A stretch of 43,584 nt of DNA from Acidobacteriota bacterium (lineage in GTDB: Bacteria > Acidobacteriota > UBA6911 > JACQSX01), in NCBI GenBank assembly GCA_036507075.1, contig DASXQR010000232.1:1-43584 (forward strand), written 5' to 3'. The stretch's first letter is position 1. Every line of letters starts with the position of its first letter. Positions 9,285 through 17,057 of this stretch are shown here, in pieces. A program made the translations under genes and the position numbers. Under the pieces are notes generated by a model, which saw only the letters and a program-made list of their open reading frames with translations, searched no databases and was not told the DNA's origin.

Positions 9285-10322
9285 AATTCTATTATATTCA
9301 AAAAGCCGACGCCCCCCCTCAAATGCGGAGTGCGGAATGCGGAATAATGAGGTGAACCTGCCCTCAAGCTTCGAAAACTTCATATCAATATTCCGCATTC
9401 CGCACTCCGCATTTGACGCGGTACCATGTCTGCCGGCCAGCTCAGTTCCCTTTTCCGGAGCCTGGGTGCGAACTTCGGTGGGCATTCCAAGCATCACGGC
9501 TGCCAGCAGTCCCGCACCCAGAATAATGCGATAGACGGCAAAGGGCACCAAACTGCCGCTCTGCAGATAACGAAGGAAGTATCGGATGCAGAGAAATCCG
9601 GTTATTGCGGAAACCACAACTCCGATGGCGACCAACTGGAGGGGATGTCCCTGCCGCATCAAAGGGTCGGTGGATCCCGCGCCTTTGAGGAATTCCCGGT
9701 AGGCCTCTTTTCCTTCCATCAGCCCGGCTCCAATCATCAGGGGAGCTGAAAGAAGAAAAGAAATTCGCGCGGCATCAGCCGATTGGAATCTTCGGAACAG
9801 TCCGGCGGTAATCGTGGAACCGGAACGGCTCACGCCGGGCATCAAGGCAAGCATTTGAAAAGAGCCAATTACGACCGCATCCGGTAAGCGCCTGTCCTGC
9901 ATTCTCCGGGATCGCGCTCCAATCCGATCCGCGATCCATAACAAAACGCCAAAGCCGATCATACAGGCCACAATCACCGTTGGGGTCCGCAGGTGGTCTT
10001 CCACCAGATTCTTACCCAGCAGCCCAAAAATTGCCGCAGGCACGGTTCCCACCACCAGAAAAACCGTCAGGCTGCCAGACCAGGGTATGCGTCCTCGCCC
10101 AAAATCGAGGGCATCGTACATTATCTGAAGCCAGTCGTTACGAAAGTAAGCCAGGATCGCCAGCAGCGTGCCCACGTGAAGCGACACGTCGAAGATCAAA
10201 CCTAACTGTTGCCAGCCCAGCAGCCACGGAACCAGAATCAAATGCGCAGAACTGCTGATGGGAAGAAACTCTGTAAGGCCCTGGACAATTCCGAGAATAA
10301 TGACCTGAAATATGATTCCCAT
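8682..10322 (-). CDS. uppP: Undecaprenyl-diphosphate phosphatase (UppP/BacA); the domain ends near 9480 but the ORF reads through a repeat into the next gene (546 aa)
   Basis: GIVQGLTEFLPISSSAHL, FDVSLHVGT, ALMPGVSRSGSTI, AARISFLLS, FAVYRI. Confidence 0.9.
   Translation of the reverse strand: MGIIFQVIILGIVQGLTEFLPISSSAHLILVPWLLGWQQLGLIFDVSLHVGTLLAILAYFRNDWLQIMYDALDFGRGRIPWSGSLTVFLVVGTVPAAIFGLLGKNLVEDHLRTPTVIVACMIGFGVLLWIADRIGARSRRMQDRRLPDAVVIGSFQMLALMPGVSRSGSTITAGLFRRFQSADAARISFLLSAPLMIGAGLMEGKEAYREFLKGAGSTDPLMRQGHPLQLVAIGVVVSAITGFLCIRYFLRYLQSGSLVPFAVYRIILGAGLLAAVMLGMPTEVRTQAPEKGTELAGRHGTASNAECGMRNIDMKFSKLEGRFTSLFRIPHSAFEGGRRLFEYNRIMSSVLLVLFLVGGMATSTARSLAQSHKEREDEKEKPKISMVARASPELRDHFKEMYTQAFTENLNDASLSKILDDQIDGFVKHLVQKNEKMAGFASELSESRDAAARRQYIRKIKETADDLDGTLRIWTDSLRPEKKGKDDLPIQNPTPQLLVDQVVLYEKQVNQFLFPENVAVSVKELQSEGFHWTLKKIQRLAQSLER
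9319..9416. repeat. GCGGAAT-family element with perfect 28-bp inverted arms, inside the uppP read-through ORF
   Basis: tcaaatgcggagtgcggaatgcggaata / tattccgcattccgcactccgcatttga. Confidence 0.95.
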
Positions 10323-10343
10323 CCAAGCATTCTGCCACAGGGC

Positions 10344-10447
10344 CACAGCGCCGGCGAAGGCCGCAACCAAAGAAAAAGCCGGGAACGGCCACGTGCACGT
10401 GCACGTAGACGGCTTTGAAAAACTTTGCCAGAGAGGCAAGAAGTTGC
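10344..10447 (-). repeat. Short copy of the CACGTG hexamer element with GGTTGCGGCC tail
   Basis: Reverse complement gcaacttcttg..tggcaaagtttttcaaagccgtctacgtgcacgtgcacgtg..ggctttttctttggttgcggcc..gctgtg is colinear with 28864-29076 and 33970-34224. Confidence 0.85.
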
Positions 10448-10546
10448 AAAAATACAGAAATTCTTAGGTCAGCATGGAGAATTGTTCGTGTGCTACGATG
10501 TAGTCTTTTGCCGAGGTCAAGAGCGGTGGAATATTACACAACGGAA

Positions 10547-11671
10547 ATGTTCAAGCGCTATGCCCGGATCATCACCGGGCGTCCGTTTGCGCCGGTGCTG
10601 CTCAACCTTCTCATCACATCGGTGTGCGACATGCGCTGTGTGCACTGTTTTTTCACCGAGGAGCTGGATGACAAGCCGCGCAAGGCAAAGCAGATGACCA
10701 CCGGCAACCTGGAGCGCATCAGCGAGACGCTGGGGGGCAATCTCGGTGTTTTGATTGTCGCCGGCGGAGAGCCGTTTACCCGCAAAGACCTTCCCCAAAT
10801 GGCCGATGCGTTTTACCGCAACAACCGTCTCGAGTCGCTCTATCTGATGTCCAACGGGCAGATTCAAAAGCGCATCTTTCAAGATGTTGTCAAAATCCTG
10901 GATTCATGTCCCCGGCTCAACTTGACAGTCGCGCTGGGAATTGACGGCCTGAAGGATGAGCACGATAAGATCCGCCAGAAGCCCGGAAGTTGGGATATTG
11001 CAATAAACACGGCGCGCCAGCTTCAGGAGATCAAGAAGCGCTACCCTCGACTGGACGTGCAGACGTGTACCTGCCTGATGAAGAGCAATCAGGATCGCAT
11101 TTTCGACTGGTATCAGTTTCTGAAGTGTGAGCTAAAGCCGGACAAGATCAACGTCAATTACATCCGCCCCCCGAGCGCCGTGCCGGAGGAATTGGAGATC
11201 GATAAATCCCGCTACCATCGTCTGATCGCCATGATCGACTCGGATTCACGCGCGGCGGCCGTGAAGAACTACTATGGCGGGAGTCAAGGGTTTTTTAAGG
11301 CCGCCATCGATATCTACATGCACCAATTGATCGATCGTACGGTGAATGAGGAACGCCAGCAACTGCGGTGCTGGGCGGGGAGCGCGGGAGCCGTAATTTA
11401 CGACGAGGGAACGGTTTCCAGTTGTGAAATTCTGCAGAAAGTGGCCAATCTCAGGGATTATGACTGGGATTTTTCCGCCCTGTGGTACTCGCCGGAAATG
11501 CAGGCCAGGCGCAAACGGATCGCTTCCGGCTGCTATTGCACCCACGAAAGCAACTGCTATTACCCTTCCCTTGCCTTTAACCCAAAGCATCTCGTTAAGA
11601 TCAAACAGCTTGAACGTCAGATAAAGCATTCCGCCGCCAGGCTTGACCCGGGCCTGATCGCGACGACTTAA
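10547..11671 (+). CDS. Radical SAM protein with SPASM/twitch-type C-terminal domain
   Basis: CDMRCVHC (CxxxCxxC), GGEPF, IDGLKDEHDKIR; C-terminal CWAG..GTVSSCE..CYCTHESNC. Start chosen at ATG 10547. Confidence 0.88.
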   Translation: MFKRYARIITGRPFAPVLLNLLITSVCDMRCVHCFFTEELDDKPRKAKQMTTGNLERISETLGGNLGVLIVAGGEPFTRKDLPQMADAFYRNNRLESLYLMSNGQIQKRIFQDVVKILDSCPRLNLTVALGIDGLKDEHDKIRQKPGSWDIAINTARQLQEIKKRYPRLDVQTCTCLMKSNQDRIFDWYQFLKCELKPDKINVNYIRPPSAVPEELEIDKSRYHRLIAMIDSDSRAAAVKNYYGGSQGFFKAAIDIYMHQLIDRTVNEERQQLRCWAGSAGAVIYDEGTVSSCEILQKVANLRDYDWDFSALWYSPEMQARRKRIASGCYCTHESNCYYPSLAFNPKHLVKIKQLERQIKHSAARLDPGLIATT

Positions 11672-11737
11672 TCTGGCGTGCCGCTCCCTTCCGGGCGGGT
11701 TGCCCAGATACTCCGGCTACTGATCCGGAACATCGCA

Positions 11738-11831
11738 TTCACCGCAGAGTCGCCGAGAACGCCAAGCCTCGCAGAGGTTAACAACGGAATCTCTGCGGAA
11801 ATTCGGCGCTCTTTGCGACTCTGCGGTGAAA
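11738..11831. repeat. TTCACCGCAGAG-family hairpin element
   Basis: ttcaccgcagagtcgccgagaacgcc ... ggcgctctttgcgactctgcggtgaaa. Confidence 0.92.
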
Positions 11832-11931
11832 TTTGTAAACCAATGCCATCCCTGCAGTGTTAAGACGAAACAAAGAGAGATAATCTTCGTACTTACAAGA
11901 AACACCATAAATTCTAAGGAGCAACATCAAA

Positions 11932-12450
11932 ATGAAACGAAACGTCTTAGTTTTTGCCTCTCTGATTCTGTGTCTGGGTCTGGCAGCGCTGGCTGCCGAT
12001 GCGGTCAATTTCACCGGGACCTGGGCATTGGACAAGTCCAAGAGTGACCCGATTCGTATGGGCCGGCCCGACGCTCAGCCGATGGATATCGACATCACGC
12101 TAACTATCAACCATACGGGCAACGATTTCGCCGTAGCGCGCAAGATTTCCATGGGTGGGCAGGACCGGAACCTGGATCTGAAGTACACGCTCGACGAGCA
12201 GGAAAACACCAATCCGTCCGCGTTCGGCCGGCCGGGTTCGGGAACCGCGAAGTCCAAGGCCAAGCTGGATAACAATCAGGTTGTAATCCGGGCTACCCAG
12301 AAGATCGAGACCCCGAATGGCGACACTCGTGAAATCTCAAGTACTGAGGTTTACAGCCTTTCCGATGACGGTAGGGTTCTCACCATCACCACGACGCGGA
12401 CCACGCCCAACGGAGACCGGACCTCCAAGCAGGTGTTCGGCAAGAAGTAG
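11932..12450 (+). CDS. Secreted hypothetical protein, predicted beta-rich (lipocalin/FABP-like NFTGTW motif)
   Basis: Signal peptide, NFTGTWALDKSKSD, YSLSDDGRVLTI; AAGGAG RBS upstream. Confidence 0.75.
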   Translation: MKRNVLVFASLILCLGLAALAADAVNFTGTWALDKSKSDPIRMGRPDAQPMDIDITLTINHTGNDFAVARKISMGGQDRNLDLKYTLDEQENTNPSAFGRPGSGTAKSKAKLDNNQVVIRATQKIETPNGDTREISSTEVYSLSDDGRVLTITTTRTTPNGDRTSKQVFGKK

Positions 12451-12464
12451 TCTGGACTAAGAAG

Positions 12465-12649
12465 ACTGAACCGCCAAAAACTGAACCGGAAACTGAACCG
12501 CCAAGAGCGCTAAGAACGCGAAGATTTCAAAAGTAAGGTTGCAGAATCTCGGCTATTCAGCCGGTCCCCAGCAGGTTCTGACCTAGGAATTCCCTTAAGA
12601 TCTTGGCGTTCTTAGCGCTCTTAGCGGTTCAGTTTTTGGCGGTTCAGTT
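12465..12649. repeat. AACCGCCAAG-family element with duplicated termini, between convergent genes
   Basis: actgaaccgccaaaaactgaacc..gccaagagcgctaagaacgc / gcgttcttagcgctcttagcggttcagtttttggcggttcagt. Confidence 0.92.
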
Positions 12650-13627
12650 TCAGGCCCCCTTTTCCTTCTTGATTGCTTCTGTCAGCGCGGGAACTATTTC
12701 AAACAAATCCCCAACGATGCCGTAATTGGCGACCTTGAAAATGGGGGCATTGGCATCTTTGTTGATGGCCACTACGTAGGCAGCATTCTTCATGCCCACC
12801 ACGTGCTGGATCGCACCGGAAATCCCAATGGCAAAATAAACGCGTGGAGCGACCGTCTGACCGGAGCTTCCAATCTGCCTGTCGCGGGGGAGCCACTCCA
12901 TGTCTACGATAGGCCTGGAGGCCCCGATCTCGGCGCCCAGGGCGGCGGCCAGTTCCTCGACGATTTTCATATTTTCGGCCTTGCCGATTCCCCGCCCCAC
13001 CGCGACGATGATTTCAGCCTTGCTGAGGTCCACTTGATTCTTCATCGCCTGAATCACTTGCAGCATTTTGCGCCGTGATGGCACATTGCTCAGGTCGACG
13101 CTCTTTTCTTCAACGGCCGCGCTTCCTTCTCGCCGCACGCTGTCGGCGGAAAAGGAGCCGTTCTGCAGAGAGATCAAGTACTGAAAATCGCCTGCGAAGG
13201 AAACCTCGGCTGTAAGCTTGTCGTGAAACACCGATTTTGAAAACACCGGCCTTCCGGCATCGATCCGATAACGAGTGACATCTCCGATCCATCCGCCGTT
13301 GAGCATCACCGCCAATTTGGGAGCGAAATCAAGCGTGCGGTAAGTGTGCGAAAAGACAAAGGCGTAGGGATGCGAACGCGCCAGCTCTGCCAGCGCCGCG
13401 CAAAAGTAATCGGGATTGTAAGCCTCCAATTCGGGATGGGCAACCTTCCAGACGGCTTGTTGCCGTACGCCCGCGATTTCCGAGCAAACTGCATCGATAT
13501 TCTTGCCCAGAACGACGCTGACGACCTGCTTTCCCAGGGCGCCGGCGAATTCCTGTGCAAAACCGAGGCATTCCCAGGTTAAAGGCCGGACTTTCCCATT
13601 TCCATGTTCGGCAAGGACCAGGATCAT
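12650..13627 (-). CDS. etfA: Electron transfer flavoprotein alpha subunit
   Basis: DLSKAEIIVAVGRG, GASRPIVD, RQIGSSGQTVAP, GISGAIQHVVGM, INKDANAPIF. Confidence 0.96.
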   Translation of the reverse strand: MILVLAEHGNGKVRPLTWECLGFAQEFAGALGKQVVSVVLGKNIDAVCSEIAGVRQQAVWKVAHPELEAYNPDYFCAALAELARSHPYAFVFSHTYRTLDFAPKLAVMLNGGWIGDVTRYRIDAGRPVFSKSVFHDKLTAEVSFAGDFQYLISLQNGSFSADSVRREGSAAVEEKSVDLSNVPSRRKMLQVIQAMKNQVDLSKAEIIVAVGRGIGKAENMKIVEELAAALGAEIGASRPIVDMEWLPRDRQIGSSGQTVAPRVYFAIGISGAIQHVVGMKNAAYVVAINKDANAPIFKVANYGIVGDLFEIVPALTEAIKKEKGA

Positions 13628-13629
13628 CT

Positions 13630-13708
13630 TTAAGTTTAGAAAATTGAAAGATTGAAAAACTTAGAAATCCATGATTTTTCAATTCTGAGTTTTCAAATCC
13701 GCAATCTG
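13630..13708. repeat. AT-rich 8-mer-type inverted array between etfB and etfA
   Basis: agaaaattgaaagattgaaaaa ... tttttcaattctgagttttcaaat. Confidence 0.7.
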
Positions 13709-14485
13709 TTACAACACGCGCATCTCTCGCTTCATTTTCTCCACCAGTTGAGCTGCTGCCTCACTGGGGGTGCCCGAGAGAATTTCCGATTTCTTTTCGC
13801 TCTGCGGCAATGTGATTTTGTCGATCCGGATTCTGCGATCCCCAGGCAGATTCAGCGAAGCCAGATCTACCCGCTTTAACTCCTTTTTTTTTGCCGCCAT
13901 GATTCCCTTCAGCGAGGCATAGCGGATCTGATTGATTCCCTGTTGGATGGTGAGCACGGAGGGAAGCGGAAGCAATACCTCTTCGAGCAGGCCGGCCTCC
14001 AGTTCGCGCTGGATTTTCACATTCCTGGCGTCCGGTTCGGTTTCAATTTTCATGACAATGGTCGCGTGCGACCAGCCCATCATTTCCCCGATCATGGTCC
14101 CGGTTTGCGAAAAGGCATGGTCGTCGGAGCGAACTCCCGCCAGCACCAGATCCGGGCTTTCAGCGTCTATCTGAGTTTTGAGAGCTCGAGCTACCGACAG
14201 GGGGTCGGTTGTGTCGTCGCGGGACGCCTGGATCAAAATTCCCCGGTCCGCTCCCAAAGCCAGCCCGCGGCGCATCGACTTCTCCACTGAAGCGTCTCCC
14301 ATGCTGAGCACCACGACTTCGCCGCCATGTTTATCTCTCAGGCGCAGTGCTTCCTCCAATCCATACTCATCGCATTCATTGATCTCGTATCCCAGGTCCT
14401 GCTCTTTGATCCAGGTCCCTTCGGGGTTGATCTGAAAGCGCGAGTCCTTTTCCGGTACCTGTTTCAGGCAGACAATGATTTTCAT
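13709..14485 (-). CDS. etfB: Electron transfer flavoprotein beta subunit
   Basis: MKIIVCLKQVP, EEALRL, LALGADRG, RYASLKGIMAAKKK. Confidence 0.96.
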   Translation of the reverse strand: MKIIVCLKQVPEKDSRFQINPEGTWIKEQDLGYEINECDEYGLEEALRLRDKHGGEVVVLSMGDASVEKSMRRGLALGADRGILIQASRDDTTDPLSVARALKTQIDAESPDLVLAGVRSDDHAFSQTGTMIGEMMGWSHATIVMKIETEPDARNVKIQRELEAGLLEEVLLPLPSVLTIQQGINQIRYASLKGIMAAKKKELKRVDLASLNLPGDRRIRIDKITLPQSEKKSEILSGTPSEAAAQLVEKMKREMRVL

Positions 14486-14512
14486 GGCTGCTTCATTTAA
14501 CCCTTCATAACC

Positions 14513-15316
14513 CTACAACCCTTCGCTTCGCTTCCTCAAATAAGGCACAACGCGCCTCAGCACTTGATAAGTCAGGCCCGGCACAAGTCGATTTGCCGTG
14601 ACGAAAAACCGGCCACCGGCTGTCAGGATGATTTCTCGCTTTTTTGCGGCGGTGGCCCGCACGATTCGCCGTCCCACTTCATCGGCAGTCATCTCGTAGC
14701 GGCGCGGAAGCCGGTCTTTTGGCCCCTTTGCGTGATTGTGAAACTCGGTCCCCGAGGTTGAACCGGGACAAACGTTGAGCACATGAACGTTGAAAGGTCT
14801 GAGCTCAATCCGCCAGGCATCCGACAGAGCCGTAATGGCGAACTTGCTGGCACAGTAGTAGCCTGTGAAGGGAAAAGATGCTTTTCCCAGGATGGAGGAT
14901 ATGTTGACGATGCAACCGCGCCGCCGCTCCATCATTCCGGGCAGGAAGGCCTGGGCGGTGTGAATTACGCCGAAAAAATTCACATCCATCAACTCTTGAA
15001 TTTCCTCGAGTGGCACTTCGAAAACCGCGCCCCCGACGCCCATCCCGGCGTTGTTAACCAGAATGGAAACAGGGCCGAGCTCGGAGCAGATCTGTCGTGC
15101 GGTTTCAAACACAAACTCGCGGTCCCGCACATCCCCCACGTAAGCTTCGCAGCGCCGGCCCAGGCCCTCAATTTCCGCTTTGACATGCTCGAGTTTGGCT
15201 CCTGAACGGGCCAGAACGCCAACGTCTGCTCCCTGCCGGGCGAAATGAAGAGCCGTGCTGAGGCCAATTCCACTGCTAGCCCCCGTGATGAAGACGATTT
15301 CATTCTGAAATTTCAT
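14513..15316 (-). CDS. Short-chain dehydrogenase/reductase
   Basis: ITGASSGIG, LVNNAG, NISS, YCASKFA. Confidence 0.95.
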   Translation of the reverse strand: MKFQNEIVFITGASSGIGLSTALHFARQGADVGVLARSGAKLEHVKAEIEGLGRRCEAYVGDVRDREFVFETARQICSELGPVSILVNNAGMGVGGAVFEVPLEEIQELMDVNFFGVIHTAQAFLPGMMERRRGCIVNISSILGKASFPFTGYYCASKFAITALSDAWRIELRPFNVHVLNVCPGSTSGTEFHNHAKGPKDRLPRRYEMTADEVGRRIVRATAAKKREIILTAGGRFFVTANRLVPGLTYQVLRRVVPYLRKRSEGL

Positions 15317-15335
15317 GAATGCAAAGTTTATAGCA

Positions 15336-15615
15336 ACTTTGAAATTTGCGATTTCAAAATTAGAAATTCACAATTAGCGACGCACGCGGCGCGGTCAGCC
15401 ATCAGAACCGCGACCGCAAGCCTGGATTGCCCTACACAGTTGGGTGGGGGTGGTCACGTCTCATTCACCGCAGAGACGCTGAGCACGCCGAGATTTCGCA
15501 GAGGCTTGTTTTCAAACTCTGCGTGGCCTCGGCGATCTTGGCGCCTCGGCGGTGAAAACAGTGCCGAGTCAAGGAGGCCGTACTTGAATTTTGAAATCTT
15601 GAACGTTTAATTTCA
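15336..15615. repeat. AT-rich arms (about 15336-15375 and 15584-15615) enclosing a TTCACCGCAGAG hairpin (15464-15556)
   Basis: gatttcaaaattagaaatt / ttgaattttgaaatc; ttcaccgcagagacgc...gcgcctcggcggtgaa. Confidence 0.82.
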
Positions 15616-15619
15616 TAAT
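15591..15619 (+). promoter_or_regulatory. Putative sigma70 promoter giving a leaderless dinB mRNA
   Basis: TTGAAA (15591-15596), 17 nt, CATAAT (15614-15619), 7 nt, ATG 15627; no SD sequence. Confidence 0.5.
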
Positions 15620-15626
15620 TGATTCC

Positions 15627-16838
15627 ATGAGCCGCGTTATTCTTCATGTCGACATGGACGCGTTTTTCGCCTCGGTGGAGCAGCGGGAGAATCCTGAGTT
15701 TCGCGGCAAACCGCTGATTGTAGGCGCGGACCCCAAGGGCGGACGAGGGCGCGGAGTGGTTGCCGCCTGCTCCTACGAGGCGCGAAAATTCGGCGTTCAC
15801 TCCGCGCTGCCCATCGGGCGCGCCTTCCGCCTGTGCCCGCATGCGGTGTTTGTGCGGCCTCACGGGAGTCTCTACTCACATGTCTCGCGCTCCATCATGG
15901 AAATCCTGGGGCGCTACACGGATCTTGTCGAGCCGGTCAGCATTGATGAAGCCTTCCTGGACGTGGCCGGCTCACAGCAGCTTTTCGGAAAGCCGCCTGA
16001 TCTTGCGGCGCGAATCAAACACGACATCCGTTCCGAGCAGAGACTGACCTGCTCTATCGGCATCGCTCCCAATAAATTTCTGGCCAAGGTAGCAAGCGAC
16101 CTTCACAAGCCCGACGGCCTTTTTGAGGTACAGCCGGGGACGGAAAAGGAGTTTTTGAAGAACCTGCCCATCGGTCGCATTTGGGGAGTAGGACCAAAGA
16201 CGGAGGAGCGATTGCGGTTTCTGGGCATCTCAACCATCGGTGAAGTGGCCGAACGATCCCGGGATTTCTGGCGGCAGCGCCTCGGACAGAGCGGCGAACA
16301 TTTGTGGGAGTTGTCCCAGGGGATCGACTCGCGGCCCGTGCAGCCCGATTCTGGTTTCAAATCCATGAGCCAGGAACACACTTTCGGAGAAGATACCGAC
16401 AATGTCGCGCTGATGAAAGAGACTCTGCTGGCCTTGTGCGAAGAACTCGCCCGGCGCGCCAGGCAGCACAACGCGCTGGCGCGCACGGTCGCATTGAAGC
16501 TGCGGTTTGAAGATTTCACAACGATGACGCGACAGAAGACTCTGCCGCATCATGCAGACGACGCGCTGCAGATCTACCAGGTAGTGGAATCTCTGCTCGA
16601 GCAGTTCTTCCCCGCCCCGCAGAAGATACGGCTGCTGGGAGTGGGAATCAGTCATTTTCAGGATCATGGTGCCCTTCAGCTCGGCTTGTTTGACAGGGAT
16701 CAGGCCAAAAAGAGCCGCTTGAATACGGGGGTTGACGCAATTGTTGCCAGATATGGCCCCGACAGCATCGCCAAGGCGAGCCTGATCGGACATTCGACTG
16801 ACGAAGACGAAGGGTTCAGTTCCTTCTTAAAAAAATAA
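15627..16838 (+). CDS. dinB: DNA polymerase IV
   Basis: HVDMDAFFASVE, SYEARKFGVHSA, SIDEAFLD, KFLAKVASDLHKPDG, IWGVG. Confidence 0.96.
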   Translation: MSRVILHVDMDAFFASVEQRENPEFRGKPLIVGADPKGGRGRGVVAACSYEARKFGVHSALPIGRAFRLCPHAVFVRPHGSLYSHVSRSIMEILGRYTDLVEPVSIDEAFLDVAGSQQLFGKPPDLAARIKHDIRSEQRLTCSIGIAPNKFLAKVASDLHKPDGLFEVQPGTEKEFLKNLPIGRIWGVGPKTEERLRFLGISTIGEVAERSRDFWRQRLGQSGEHLWELSQGIDSRPVQPDSGFKSMSQEHTFGEDTDNVALMKETLLALCEELARRARQHNALARTVALKLRFEDFTTMTRQKTLPHHADDALQIYQVVESLLEQFFPAPQKIRLLGVGISHFQDHGALQLGLFDRDQAKKSRLNTGVDAIVARYGPDSIAKASLIGHSTDEDEGFSSFLKK

Positions 16839-16861
16839 GTCGAAAGTCTGCCGTTTTCAGG

Positions 16862-16917
16862 CGTAGAGACGCGGCATGCCGCGTCAGAGCTCAGACGCGA
16901 CATGTCGCGTCTCTACG
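16862..16917. repeat. GTAG-type REP doublet downstream of dinB
   Basis: cGTAGagacgcggcatgccgcgtc-agagctc-agacgcgacatgtcgcgtctCTACg. Confidence 0.88.
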
Positions 16918-17057
16918 GTATCAATTCAGATGTTACAGTGCCCCAGACCTTCGCCTTTAAAGGGACTTTCGACTTTCGGCTTTAAGACTTGTGACTTATT
17001 TGGTACGCTGGTTTTTTCCATTCTGAGCGAAGCTTCCGCATCGCCTGGAGGTGCTAA

